From assembly GCA_035328405.1 (NCBI GenBank), contig DAOLIT010000011.1, positions 4,636 to 68,635 on the forward strand: a DNA stretch of 64,000 bases, written 5' to 3'. Made by a program: the position numbers and the translations under genes. Every line of letters begins with the position of its first letter. Position 1 is the first letter of the stretch. This DNA comes from Pseudomonadota bacterium. GTDB taxonomy: Bacteria; Myxococcota_A; Polyangia; Palsa-1104; JAEUJZ01. A model generated the notes under the pieces. That model was not told the DNA's origin, searched no databases, and was given only the letters and a program-made list of their open reading frames with translations. This document shows, one piece after another, positions 29,284 to 39,115 of the stretch.

Positions 29284-29961
29284 ATGTGGGGGAGAACCAA
29301 ACAGATCGTGATGCTTATTGGTTTTTTGGGTGGCTGTGAACCACATCCAGAGTTGCTGGCCTTGAGGGGAGAGGTCAAGTCGTTGTCTGCATCTGTGGTG
29401 CACCTGAAAACCAAGCTCGATGTGTTGCAGAAGCAGGCAGCAGATGGGCTGGCGATGGCACTCTGTACGCCCGAGATCAGACAGGTGCTCGAGGACGTGA
29501 GCAAAGAATGCACCGTGGATCTGGGCAATGGAGAGATGCCAGTCTGTTCGACTTCCCAAATCAAGCCAGCTGTGCTGGCGGCTGATCCAACGGGGCGAGG
29601 AAGGCTCTTGAAAATGATGTCGCACATCCCACATGAGCCACTGTATCTGTCCCACAAATCGACGACGTTTCCACCGCATCGCTTGGAACGTTTGGCGAAG
29701 TTGACGAAGCCAGCCTTCTTGGATCGTACCGTGTTTCTGGTCGTGTCCTCTCCTGCGACTGGCGAACAAGAGGCCGACCGGCGGGCCAAAGTTGCAAAAG
29801 AAAGACTGCGCGCATTGGGAGTCCCGCTGCGCAAAATTCAGACATGGAAATACAGTTTCCATGTTGATCCCAAGGAGATCGTTCGCACTTCCGACAAACC
29901 GACATTTGGAGAACCAGGAGACTATGACCGTGGCGTATGGATTTTTCGTGCCGATTGTTAG
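29284..29961 (+). CDS. Hypothetical lipoprotein with a possible OmpA-like C-terminal motif
   Basis: Lipobox (LIGFLGGCEP). EADRRAKVAKERLRALGVP resembles the OmpA-family peptidoglycan-binding motif (RRA..V...L...GV). Weak. Confidence 0.35.
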   Translation: MWGRTKQIVMLIGFLGGCEPHPELLALRGEVKSLSASVVHLKTKLDVLQKQAADGLAMALCTPEIRQVLEDVSKECTVDLGNGEMPVCSTSQIKPAVLAADPTGRGRLLKMMSHIPHEPLYLSHKSTTFPPHRLERLAKLTKPAFLDRTVFLVVSSPATGEQEADRRAKVAKERLRALGVPLRKIQTWKYSFHVDPKEIVRTSDKPTFGEPGDYDRGVWIFRADC

Positions 29962-30568
29962 GGTGTGTTTTGGGGCCTTTCTTCTGTCGCAGAGCCAGGT
30001 GTCCTTTGCGCAGGAGGAGGTCATGCAAGCCGACAAGGAGGGTTCGCTGCTGCATCGACAGCTTCGTCTGACAAACCTGAAGAAGTTTGATCCGGTTGCA
30101 AAACAATGGGCCCCATACACTCCGCCTCGATCGAAGGTGTATGTCCTGAACTTGTGGACAACACACTGTGGTCCGTGTCGGAAAGAGTTTCCGTTTTTGC
30201 AAAAACTCGTGCGGGGATGGAAAGGCAATGCGGACGTGCAATTTTTGTTTCTGGCTGATCCTCCGCAGGATACATCGGAGGCAGAAGTCTTGGAGTATTG
30301 GGAGAAGAACCGGAGTATTGTTCCAGAAGCGGAACCGCTGCGTTCAGAGTCGCCAGTACTCAGGCTCTCGTTGCAAAATGATACCAATCCCATCACGCTG
30401 ATTCTCGACGAGAAACTTGTGGTCAGGCAGGCGTTTGTGGGTGCGGTTGGGAATCGTCCTTTGGGACGTGCAATCGAGCGTTTTTTGCAGTTGGCTCAAA
30501 CTCCAACAGAGGGTTCGAGAAAGCTGCGGACGGCCAGAACGACAGCGAGGGTGTCTCGATCTTTGTAA
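29924..30568 (+). CDS. TlpA/ResA-like periplasmic thiol-disulfide oxidoreductase (thioredoxin fold)
   Basis: Signal-anchor, then the redoxin motif WTTHCGPCRKEFP (CxxC) in the expected position. Overlaps the upstream lipoprotein gene by ~38 bp. Confidence 0.6.
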   Translation: MTVAYGFFVPIVRVCFGAFLLSQSQVSFAQEEVMQADKEGSLLHRQLRLTNLKKFDPVAKQWAPYTPPRSKVYVLNLWTTHCGPCRKEFPFLQKLVRGWKGNADVQFLFLADPPQDTSEAEVLEYWEKNRSIVPEAEPLRSESPVLRLSLQNDTNPITLILDEKLVVRQAFVGAVGNRPLGRAIERFLQLAQTPTEGSRKLRTARTTARVSRSL

Positions 30569-30620
30569 CTGTCACTGAACTTGTACGTTGTAACTGTTTC
30601 ATTTTTTTGGGGGGATTCAC

Positions 30621-31334
30621 ATGGTCTCTGTTCACCGCGTTCTGACAGGTTTCATCGTGTTCTCGGTCGCTTTCGGCGCTGGCTTTTTGTGGGAAAGCGA
30701 TTGTCCTGCTCGTTCCCACAAGTCAACAGGCGGAAGGAGGAGCCTGGCACACGCACAAAAAAGGGAAGCTCCAGACTCCCTTCACTTGCGAAAACGGTCG
30801 CATGTTGGCAAAGCTCGGAAGCGAAAGCCGACGGTGGATGTGGATCGGGCAAGTACGCATGTGGCAGAAGTTGCCAAAGAAGTGTGGGCCGTGGTCCCTG
30901 ATTCTTCATTGCCGACTTCTGGGAATGCGGAAGGGTCACAAACGACGCTACGGAGTCGCCCGAACACGTTGCAAATGCTTGAACATGTGGCTCACGATCG
31001 CGCGTTGTCTGAACCCGTGGGAACCCCGATGACTGGATTTGCACAGCAAGCAGAGGGGCACGCTCAGACGGTGCATTTGGAGGCAGGACGGTGCTATGCG
31101 GTGCTCGGAACGGGAGAAGCCACGATGACGCAGTTGTCGCTGTCTTTGTGGAACCCCGATGCAACGCGCTTTCAGACGGTGATCGGGCGACAGACTCCGT
31201 TTGCTGCCTTTCGTGCCATGCAGACGGGGCCGCACAAATTGGTAGCGCGTCCAGCGCAAGGGTTTGGAACTTTTGCGGCGGGCCTGTATGTGTATCCCTG
31301 TCCAGAAGATGCCCATCCAAGGTCGAGCGGGTAG
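30621..31334 (+). CDS. Hypothetical secreted protein
   Basis: N-terminal hydrophobic segment and a basic low-complexity stretch. No recognisable motif. Confidence 0.35.
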   Translation: MVSVHRVLTGFIVFSVAFGAGFLWESDCPARSHKSTGGRRSLAHAQKREAPDSLHLRKRSHVGKARKRKPTVDVDRASTHVAEVAKEVWAVVPDSSLPTSGNAEGSQTTLRSRPNTLQMLEHVAHDRALSEPVGTPMTGFAQQAEGHAQTVHLEAGRCYAVLGTGEATMTQLSLSLWNPDATRFQTVIGRQTPFAAFRAMQTGPHKLVARPAQGFGTFAAGLYVYPCPEDAHPRSSG

Positions 31335-31436
31335 ACGCGGGAAAAAACACAGCACTGCGAAAATAAGGAGAAAATCTTGCGGGAACCTGCGATATGGATC
31401 ATGTGTCGGCGTGTGCCGCATTGTTTTGGAGAGTTC

Positions 31437-32205
31437 CATGTCGTTGATGCTGGTTCGCAAGGTGATTCGGCGGTGGCCCGTACGGGGGCCTGTGGGTGTC
31501 TGTGCGCTGTCTTTGCTGTTTCTGGTGGGGTGGGTCGGTGTTTTGCGAGCAGAGGGGCCGACGCGCCAGCCTGATTCTCCGCTCCCCGCTTCGGTTCCGT
31601 CTGCTGCAGCTGCCGTTTCTGTTCCGTCGTCGGCCTCCTCCTCGTCATCAGGCTCTGCAAATCCTGCGGAGTCATCAGGAGCAGAGACGGACTTCTCGTT
31701 TGATCTGCTTCCAAAAGCGCCCCCAAAGACCCCGGAAGGGGTCGCGCAGGTTCAAGAGATTGAACGGAAAAGCAGGATACGCCGAGGGATGTTGCGGACT
31801 CACTTGGTGCTCGGCATTGCGACGATGGCGACCATGGCTGCGACGCTTGTGGTTGGGCAGCTGAACTACCAAGACCAATTTGTGAACGGGGACTTTTCGG
31901 GGCGGTACGAAACACCTCACTTTGTGCTTGGTTTGGGAGCCACGACTCTGTTTACCGCGAACGCTGCGCTCGCACTGTTTTCTCCCGATCCCTACAAAAA
32001 GAAGTACCGGCTGGACACGGTGATGGTACATCGCATTGCAGAGGGTCTGGCAGCGGCGGGGATGGTGACGCAGATTGCGCTGGGACTTGTGACCTCTGCG
32101 CGCGTGGGAAGGCTGGACCAACCGAACTTGGCGCTCGCGCACCTTGTGACGGGGTACGCGACGTATGCGTTTATGGCCACCGGTACCGTGGCCCATTTCT
32201 TTTAG
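31437..32205 (+). CDS. Hypothetical 4-TM membrane protein with one His per helix (possible dihaem b-type cytochrome)
   Basis: After a Ser/Ala-rich periplasmic stretch there are four predicted TM helices, each with a His (RTHLVLG, PHFVLG, MVHRIAEG, LAHLVTG). Start at MSLMLVRK. Confidence 0.35.
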
Positions 32206-32215
32206 GGGCTGACAG

Positions 32216-32722
32216 ATGCGGAACGCAAAACGATGGGGTATTGCAGTATGTATGGGGGCCCTGTGGATCTCGGTGGGATGCGTAGAGGGGGTGGATGTGA
32301 ACAAGACGGAGGGGGCCTCTGCTGGTTGTGAAGAACCGACGGAGGAACTCACCGTTGCGCAGGCACCGATGTTGCCGGGGCGAGACTGCATCGCGTGTCA
32401 CAAACCGGATTCGTCGGCGCACGAGCTTCCCTGGACGGCAGCAGGAACTGTGTACGACCGGAAAGACGGGCCTTGCAACGAAGGCGGGGTGCGGGATGTG
32501 AAGGTCGAAATCATGGACGAAAACCGGAAGGTCCTGATCACGTTGACCACGAATCGAACGGGCAATTTCTTCACGGCGGAACCGCTCTCTTTCCAAAAGA
32601 TGATTGCGCGGATCAGCAAGGACAACGTGGTCAAAGAAATGCCGCACCCGGTATCGCACGCCAATTGCGCAGCCTGTCATCAGGCCAAAGGCTTTGCAAA
32701 AGGCCACATTTACTTGCCCTGA
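32216..32722 (+). CDS. Dihaem c-type cytochrome lipoprotein
   Basis: Lipobox (ISVGCVEG). Two CxxCH haem-binding motifs (CIACH and CAACH). Confidence 0.65.
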   Translation: MRNAKRWGIAVCMGALWISVGCVEGVDVNKTEGASAGCEEPTEELTVAQAPMLPGRDCIACHKPDSSAHELPWTAAGTVYDRKDGPCNEGGVRDVKVEIMDENRKVLITLTTNRTGNFFTAEPLSFQKMIARISKDNVVKEMPHPVSHANCAACHQAKGFAKGHIYLP

Positions 32723-32845
32723 GATAGGTTCCAGGCCCTGTTCCAGGGGCGTTATTCTGGGGGGAAGGCGTTTTGGAACGGAAAAGGGGAAGGGCAAAAT
32801 GCCGTTCCTTTCCTGGTTGGGGATGTTTTGCGATAAGGTAGGCGC

Positions 32846-33922
32846 ATGAATTCGCAAGACAGTTCCCAAACTGAATTGGCTCGTCTGTTTCACGATTCCT
32901 TGACTCGTTTTGAACACGAGTTGGGGCCGGTCCTCGATGAGCCTGGTCTCCGTATCGTCTATTCACGTTTTGCAGGCAAAGAAGGTGAAATCCGCAAGCG
33001 CCTGTCCGAGGCACTGCAACAAGCGCCCGGCAAGGACAAGCGCGCCGTCGGTCAAGCCGGGAATACCGCGCTGCAAAAAGCCGAGGGACTCTTTTCCCAA
33101 AAACTCGCCGCACTCCAGGAAGCACGCCGACAAAAAGATCTGGCCCGCCGGTTGGATGTGACCGTGCCGGGTCGCCCTCATTCGATGGGAGGGCTGCACC
33201 TTCTGACGCAAGTCCGTCTGGAACTTGAAAGTCTGTTTGCCGAGCTGGGTTTCGAGGTCGCAACCGGTCCGCAGGTCGAAACGGATTTCTTCAATTTCGA
33301 GGCGCTCGCGATGCCCAAAGATCACCCTGCTCGCGACATGCAAGACACGTTTTATTTGCAAAATGAGTCGTCGGACGCGCCTCACAGAGACCCACTTGTG
33401 CTCAGGACACATACCTCTCCGGTACAGATTCGCACGATGCTGTCCCGCAAGCCCCCTTTGCGCATCATTTCGCCGGGCAAGGTGTACCGCAAAGACGACG
33501 ACCAGACACACTCCCCCATGTTCTCGCAAATCGAGGGGTTGTGCGTGGATGAGGGCATCACGATGGCCGACCTCAAAGGCACGCTTTTGTATTTTGTAAG
33601 ACGTTTTTTTGGTCCTGGAATCGGGCTGCGGCTGCGTCCTTCCTTCTTCCCCTTTACCGAACCAAGCGCCGAGGTAGACATCGAGTGCTTCTTTTGTAAA
33701 CGCGCCGGATGCCGGACGTGCAAAGGTTCGGGGTACATCGAAATCCTCGGTTGCGGAATGGTGGACCCGGAGGTCTTTCGTCACGTCGGCTACGACAGTG
33801 AGAAGTACCAAGGTTTTGCGTTCGGCGCAGGCATCGAACGTATGGCCATGCTCCGATACGGAGTGAACGATTTGCGCGCCTTCTTTACGGGAGACCTCCG
33901 TTTCACCGCGCACTTTGCCTGA
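32846..33922 (+). CDS. pheS: Phenylalanine--tRNA ligase alpha subunit
   Basis: FNFEALAMPKDHPARDMQDTFY, class II aaRS motifs 2 and 3 (FRPSFFPFTEPSAEVD; GFAFGAGIERMAML). No pheT-like ORF follows. Confidence 0.9.
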   Translation: MNSQDSSQTELARLFHDSLTRFEHELGPVLDEPGLRIVYSRFAGKEGEIRKRLSEALQQAPGKDKRAVGQAGNTALQKAEGLFSQKLAALQEARRQKDLARRLDVTVPGRPHSMGGLHLLTQVRLELESLFAELGFEVATGPQVETDFFNFEALAMPKDHPARDMQDTFYLQNESSDAPHRDPLVLRTHTSPVQIRTMLSRKPPLRIISPGKVYRKDDDQTHSPMFSQIEGLCVDEGITMADLKGTLLYFVRRFFGPGIGLRLRPSFFPFTEPSAEVDIECFFCKRAGCRTCKGSGYIEILGCGMVDPEVFRHVGYDSEKYQGFAFGAGIERMAMLRYGVNDLRAFFTGDLRFTAHFA

Positions 33923-33993
33923 TCCCCCAACACGCATCGGTTCCATCGGAAGAGGTGATGGAATTTTTGTAAATTAAGATACAATCGCGGGCC

Positions 33994-36900
33994 ATGCTTC
34001 CGTTGCCTTTGGAAGAAGAGACACATGTTCTTTCCCGTGCTGTGTCACAGGGGGATTTGGTTGCTGAGGAAGTGCCACCGGAAACGGGTTCGGGTCCGCC
34101 TGTGGGGGAATCCCTGCGGTTTGGAAAACGGATTGACCGGCTGCTGTCGCGCGGGCGCATCAGCGAAGAGAAAGTTCTGGCGATCCTTCGGGAAATTCGC
34201 ACCGAGAAGATTGAGCGCGACGCGACGATTCTGCCCAATCGGCAATCTGTGGAACGGGACCTCGGCGTCGATCTGACGATGCTTCCAGGGGTGCCTCTTT
34301 CCGACGACCCGGTCGTGACTCCTTCCCACCGCGATGCCGGGTTTTTGGACTCTTCACAGAATTTCCAGTTTTCAGGAGAAAACGAAACAGACGGAACCCT
34401 GGATGGGTCTTTGGTGGGATGGAAGGGGCCCGCAGCAACGCATCGATTTCCGGTCGAAAACTGGGAACGATACGAGTTTGAAAAGTTGCTGGGACAGGGC
34501 GGAATGGGGGCCGTGTACAAAGCGCGCGACAAGCGGCTTGGCAGAACCGTCGCCCTCAAATTCATCAAAGGTGGGGATGAACAGATGACCCACCGCTTTT
34601 TGCAGGAAGCGCGAGCACAGTCTCGTCTGGAACATCCCGGAATTTGTCATGTGTACGAAGTGGGCGAGGTCGAAGGAAAAGCCTACATCGCCATGCAGTT
34701 TGTCGATGGAGACAACCTGGACAAAGCCCAAAAAAGCATGACGCTCGAGCAAAAAGTCGAAATCCTCCGCGACATCGCGCAAGCCATGCATCACGCCCAC
34801 GAAAAAGGCGTGATTCACAGAGACCTGAAGCCGTCGAATGTGATGGTTGAGAAGAAAGGGGAGGGGGGATTTTTGCCGGTGGTGATGGATTTCGGGTTGG
34901 CTCGGGAGGCGGGGGAAGGCAAGGGGCTGACGGAATCGGGGGCGGTGATGGGGACGCCGGCGTTTATGTCGCCGGAGCAGGCGCGGGGCGAGGCGCGGCA
35001 CGTGGACAGGCGATCGGATGTGTACAGCTTGGGGGCGACGCTGTTTGACTTGCTGGCGGGGCGGGCCCCGTTCGAGGACGCAACGGTGGCCAACATCCTG
35101 ATCGCGGTCATGTCCGAGGAAGCGCCGCTTTTGCGCAAAGTAGCACCGACGATGCCCGAGGCGCTGGAGACGATCTGCGCGCGTTGTCTGACCAAGGACA
35201 AAGAGCAGCGGTATGCAACGGCGCAGGCATTGGCGGACGATTTGACCCGCTTTCTGAACAGCGAAAAGATCACGGCGAAAAAAGTGGGTCTTGTGTACCG
35301 CTTGAAATGGCGGGCGCGGCAGAATCCAACGACGGCGGCGTTGATGGCAAGTTTGTGCGTGTTGATTCTGTTCTTTTCGGCGTATGGGATTCGGCAAAGT
35401 TATTTGTCTAGAAAACAAGCCGAACTCCAGCGTTACATCACGCAAGAGAGCAAAGACAACGAATGGTTGATTCGTGTGGCTTATGCTCTTCCGCTCCACA
35501 ACGTGGAACGGGATCAGGCGCAGTTGCGAAAACGACTATCGCAATTGAAACTTGAACTCAAGAAATACGGTTCGATTGCGGACGGCTTGGGTCATTATGC
35601 GCTGGGACGTGGGCATTTGTCTTTGCATGAACACAAACAAGCGATTGAAGAATTGACAAAAGCACAAGAAAAAGGGGAAAACAGCCCAGAATTGCACGCG
35701 GCACTGGGAAGAGCGCTTGGGGAATTGTACCATGAAGAATTGGTGAAAGCGCGCCGTTCAGGAGAACGCACTTGGGTGGAAGTTCGGCAAAAAGAATTAC
35801 AGAAACTCTATTTGGAACCTGCAAAAAGCCGTTTGAGCAAGGCGCTCGCAAAACGATATTTGCTGGTGCTGGATTCGCCGGAATACATCCAGGGTTTGAT
35901 TGAGTTTTATGATGGAAAATACGCAGAAGCAGATTACAATGCACAACTGGCGTTTGTGCAAAAGCCCTATTTGTCGGAAGCGTTGAACCTGCGGGGTGAA
36001 ATTGCGCAAGAACAAGCGCAACAAAACCTTGCCGATGGAAAACTCGCAGAGGCGCGGGCCTTGCTTGAAACTGCGATTCAGCACTTCCGGACAGCCAACG
36101 ACATCAGCCGGTCGGACGGGGCGGGTTCGGCTGCGCTCGCTCGGGCGTACTTGGATCTGGCGGACTTGGACCGGTTGCAAGGCCAGGCGGCAGAAGGGCA
36201 CTTTGCGCAAGCGAAGGCATTTGCCGAACAGACGATTGTGGCTTTTCCGAGTGACCGCAGTGGATATTACGAAAAAGCGAGAACGATCTATTTTTCGACA
36301 AAATCTGGCAAATTCAAAGGCGACCGGCTGCCAAGATACAAAGAGGGCATTCGCATATTGGAAGAAGAATTGCCGAAAGAACAGGTGGATTTTCTGACGT
36401 TGGATTTGCTGGGAAACTTGTACAATCACTTGGCTTATACATTGGGTGCGAAGGGATTGGATCCGATGCCATCGTTTGAGCGTGCACAGCGTTTTTTGGA
36501 ACGAGCGATCCGGGCTGCACCGCAGTTTCCGTGGCCGCACAATGATTTGGGCGTGTGTCTGTTGAATATCGGAAATTATCATTTGGAACGGGGAAACGAT
36601 CCGAGGCCGGATTACACGCGCGCGATTGCGTCTGCGCGACGGGCGATTGAACTCGATCCGAAGTATTTGTTTGCGTACAACAACGTGGTGTCCACGTTGG
36701 CGCAGTATTCGGATTATTGTTTGAGCAATGGGTGTGAAATCGAAGAGATGATCACGATATCCAAGTCACTCGCAGCACAGTGCGGGGTTGGATGTGAACG
36801 GTATTTGACTTTCCAAAGGAATACTTCCGTTCTCTTGCTGAACCATTCAATTCAGCTTGTGCAAAGACGGAGTGATCCTCATGTTGAGATTCAAGCAGCG

Positions 36901-37521
36901 CGTCTCGCGTTGGAACGGCAGCGGGCTGTGGACAAGAACTTGTATTCGATCTGTTTGTTTTCGCGGTATGCGGATTGGATCGAGGCGGCTTGGGCGCTTC
37001 AGATGGGGAAAGATCCGACTGCGCAGTTCGCGGCGGCGCTTTTGGCGCTTGAGGGGTGCAAAAAGCTGGGGGAGAAAGCGGCTGAGCCGTACCTTCTGCA
37101 GGCTCGGCTGTTGCGGCTTTCGGCGGAATGGGAGCAAAAACAGGGACGGTCGAGTGAGCCGCTCTTGGAACAGGCGCTGTCTGCGGCGACGACGGCGACG
37201 GACCTGGATGCGGAGGTGTTGGATCATTGGGTGGAAAAAAGCCGGGCGGCGTACCTGCTGGGGCGGGTGAAAACGGGGCGGAAGCGAGAGGCGTCTTTTG
37301 CCGAGAGTTGGGCTGCGGTCGAACGGGGACAAAAAGTGAGCGCGCAGTTTGGGGCGCTGTGGGCGCTGCGGGCGGTTGTGGGGAAGGCGCAGGCGAGCTT
37401 GGAAACCGATCCGGCGCGGGCAGCGGAGGCCAGAACGCGGGCGCAAGCGAGTTGGGAGAAGGCGCTGCGGCAAAATCGGTTCTTGGAAAACGAGTACGGG
37501 CCGCTGTGGAAGAAAGAGTAA
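33994..37521 (+). CDS. Ser/Thr protein kinase with a long C-terminal TPR/helical-repeat domain
   Basis: YEFEKLLGQGGMGAVYKARD...VALKFI, HRDLKPSNVMV, DFGLAR, GTPAFMSPEQ. TM segment after the kinase, then ~700 aa of TPR-like repeats. N-terminal start uncertain. Confidence 0.8.
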   Translation: MLPLPLEEETHVLSRAVSQGDLVAEEVPPETGSGPPVGESLRFGKRIDRLLSRGRISEEKVLAILREIRTEKIERDATILPNRQSVERDLGVDLTMLPGVPLSDDPVVTPSHRDAGFLDSSQNFQFSGENETDGTLDGSLVGWKGPAATHRFPVENWERYEFEKLLGQGGMGAVYKARDKRLGRTVALKFIKGGDEQMTHRFLQEARAQSRLEHPGICHVYEVGEVEGKAYIAMQFVDGDNLDKAQKSMTLEQKVEILRDIAQAMHHAHEKGVIHRDLKPSNVMVEKKGEGGFLPVVMDFGLAREAGEGKGLTESGAVMGTPAFMSPEQARGEARHVDRRSDVYSLGATLFDLLAGRAPFEDATVANILIAVMSEEAPLLRKVAPTMPEALETICARCLTKDKEQRYATAQALADDLTRFLNSEKITAKKVGLVYRLKWRARQNPTTAALMASLCVLILFFSAYGIRQSYLSRKQAELQRYITQESKDNEWLIRVAYALPLHNVERDQAQLRKRLSQLKLELKKYGSIADGLGHYALGRGHLSLHEHKQAIEELTKAQEKGENSPELHAALGRALGELYHEELVKARRSGERTWVEVRQKELQKLYLEPAKSRLSKALAKRYLLVLDSPEYIQGLIEFYDGKYAEADYNAQLAFVQKPYLSEALNLRGEIAQEQAQQNLADGKLAEARALLETAIQHFRTANDISRSDGAGSAALARAYLDLADLDRLQGQAAEGHFAQAKAFAEQTIVAFPSDRSGYYEKARTIYFSTKSGKFKGDRLPRYKEGIRILEEELPKEQVDFLTLDLLGNLYNHLAYTLGAKGLDPMPSFERAQRFLERAIRAAPQFPWPHNDLGVCLLNIGNYHLERGNDPRPDYTRAIASARRAIELDPKYLFAYNNVVSTLAQYSDYCLSNGCEIEEMITISKSLAAQCGVGCERYLTFQRNTSVLLLNHSIQLVQRRSDPHVEIQAARLALERQRAVDKNLYSICLFSRYADWIEAAWALQMGKDPTAQFAAALLALEGCKKLGEKAAEPYLLQARLLRLSAEWEQKQGRSSEPLLEQALSAATTATDLDAEVLDHWVEKSRAAYLLGRVKTGRKREASFAESWAAVERGQKVSAQFGALWALRAVVGKAQASLETDPARAAEARTRAQASWEKALRQNRFLENEYGPLWKKE

Positions 37522-37576
37522 GCCGCTTGTGAAGCGGCGGAGGGGGAGCGGGGAGGAGGTGGGAAGCGGTGGGAGG
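37522..37576. repeat. G-run-rich tract between the convergent kinase-TPR and ADYC genes
   Basis: GGAGGGGGAGCGGGGAGGAGGTGGGAAGCGGTGGGAGG on the + strand. Confidence 0.35.
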
Positions 37577-38737
37577 TTATGGGATGCCGCTGAAGAGATG
37601 ATCCCTTTTGTGCGCGTCGATGGTGGCTGCGTCGCAATCGGGAATGGCGGGGCAGGTCAAGGCAATGTCGGTGCGTCTGCGGTGGTCGGAGGGCGAGGTA
37701 TGGTTGAGGCAGATGGCTTTTTTGGCGCTCCAAATGGCTTCGAGTTTGGTGATGGGGCCCACATCCCGTTTGGGATCGAGCGGCGCTTGGATTTCGATGG
37801 CGGTGCCATATTGGGTGTGGGCCTTGCCGGTTCCGCAATAGTCGGCGACCTTCATGTGAACGAACGCGGATTGCCAGTCGGACATGGATGCGGCGGCACC
37901 ATCAACGGTGGCAGAAGTCCAAGGGGCATACCCCGCCTTGAGGGAGGCCGCGATGGCCCCTTCCTCGCAGGTGATGGTGATGTTGTCCGGGTTGATGGCC
38001 ATGGAGAACGTATCGGGGTCCCAGTGGCGTTCGCCCTGGAAGACCACTTTTTGCGGAACGCCTGCGGGGCCTTTGCACAAACTGCTGGCGGCACCGCCGG
38101 ACACGTTGGTGGATACCAATTGGCCGGTGATCGTGCTGTCCCAGGGGCCCACGCCAAACGCGGTTTCCGCACTGTCAAACTTCCATTCATAGACGTAGTT
38201 TTCTCGTTTGGCGGGGCCGGGTACTTGCAACACCAGCATCAAGCCGTCCACGTTCATCGAGGTGGTATTGGTCCACGAGCAAACACCTGTGGTTGGGTTG
38301 CAGAACTGGACCCGCAGGCTGGTTTTGTGAACGGCCATGTCGCCAAGGGTGTAGCTGGCCGCGCCCCGGCGCAGTCCCAGGATGGTGCCGTCGTTGGGAA
38401 CGTGGGGGTCGGCGGCGGCGGGGTCCGGATCGACGCTGAAGCCGCGCACTTTCCAGCCGGTGGCGGTGCGATAAAAGCCAGTGATCTTGTACGACCATCC
38501 CGTCCAGTTGGCGTTGTGGATCGTAAAGTCAGTTCCGGCACCCTGGTACGGCTGGTTGATGTTGTCACAGTTGGTGTCCGCGCAGGTCCCGGTTTCGGGA
38601 TCGCGCATTTGGCAGGTTTTGATGGGCTTGTCGGCGCTGGCTTGGTCGGACCCGTCGGGATCGAGAGCACCGGGCTGGCAGCCTGTGGACAGGGCGAAGG
38701 AGAGACTGAGCAAAGAAGAGGCGAACAGACGTTTCAT
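37577..38737 (-). CDS. ADYC-motif domain lipoprotein (myxobacterial-type), Cys-rich
   Basis: Lipoprotein signal MKRLFASSLLSLSFALSTGC. Contains the eponymous VADYCGTG motif and many paired cysteines. Start set at MKRLF. Confidence 0.5.
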   Translation of the reverse strand: MKRLFASSLLSLSFALSTGCQPGALDPDGSDQASADKPIKTCQMRDPETGTCADTNCDNINQPYQGAGTDFTIHNANWTGWSYKITGFYRTATGWKVRGFSVDPDPAAADPHVPNDGTILGLRRGAASYTLGDMAVHKTSLRVQFCNPTTGVCSWTNTTSMNVDGLMLVLQVPGPAKRENYVYEWKFDSAETAFGVGPWDSTITGQLVSTNVSGGAASSLCKGPAGVPQKVVFQGERHWDPDTFSMAINPDNITITCEEGAIAASLKAGYAPWTSATVDGAAASMSDWQSAFVHMKVADYCGTGKAHTQYGTAIEIQAPLDPKRDVGPITKLEAIWSAKKAICLNHTSPSDHRRRTDIALTCPAIPDCDAATIDAHKRDHLFSGIP

Positions 38738-39045
38738 GGCAAAACCCCCTGAAAAGACCTTTTGTGGAAACAGAGAACCCGGCGCGTGTCCCAAAACTGT
38801 TTTTCCTGTGCGTGCCGGCATCTAAGCCAGAAACTTCGCAAACCCCATGCCACAAATTCCGTCTGAACAAGTCGGTGTGTGGGACAAGGTCCGCTGTTTT
38901 TTCCAGGGGGTTCTTTTGAGGGGAAACAAGGCCGGTTTCGTGAAATTCAAAACAGGTTCCCAAGGGTTGGGTCTGGGATCGGGAATCGGGGTTGTGTGGG
39001 CAGGGGTCAGGAAAAGGGGGAGGGGGTACGGAGGGATTTCGGGCA

Positions 39046-39090
39046 ACTGGCACATCGCGCATGGCACAGTCATGTGCCATCCCTGTGCCG
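39046..39090 (+). promoter_or_regulatory. Nested operator: two direct TGGCACA half-sites followed by two inverted TGTGCCA/CTGTGCC half-sites, including a 20-bp palindrome ATGGCACA-gtca-TGTGCCAT (39061-39080)
   Basis: Read directly from sequence: TGGCACA at 39048 and 39062, TGTGCCA at 39073, CTGTGCC at 39083. A TATAAT hexamer lies at 39104-39109, 6 nt before the ATG at 39116. Confidence 0.55.
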
Positions 39091-39115
39091 GCGTTTGGTT
39101 TCGTATAATGCTGCC

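Noticed and set aside
28678-30396. 572-aa minus-strand ORF spanning the kinase 3' end, the lipoprotein and the TlpA gene
   Set aside because: The translation is Cys/Arg/His/Trp-rich with no domain-like pattern. It overlaps three well-supported + strand genes.
39046-39066. Possible sigma-54 promoter (TGGCAC ... GC) in front of the EBP gene
   Set aside because: The TGGCAC -24-like element is present twice, but the GG-to-GC spacing to any -12-like element is 9 or 11 bp rather than the invariant 10. Better explained as half-sites of a palindromic operator.
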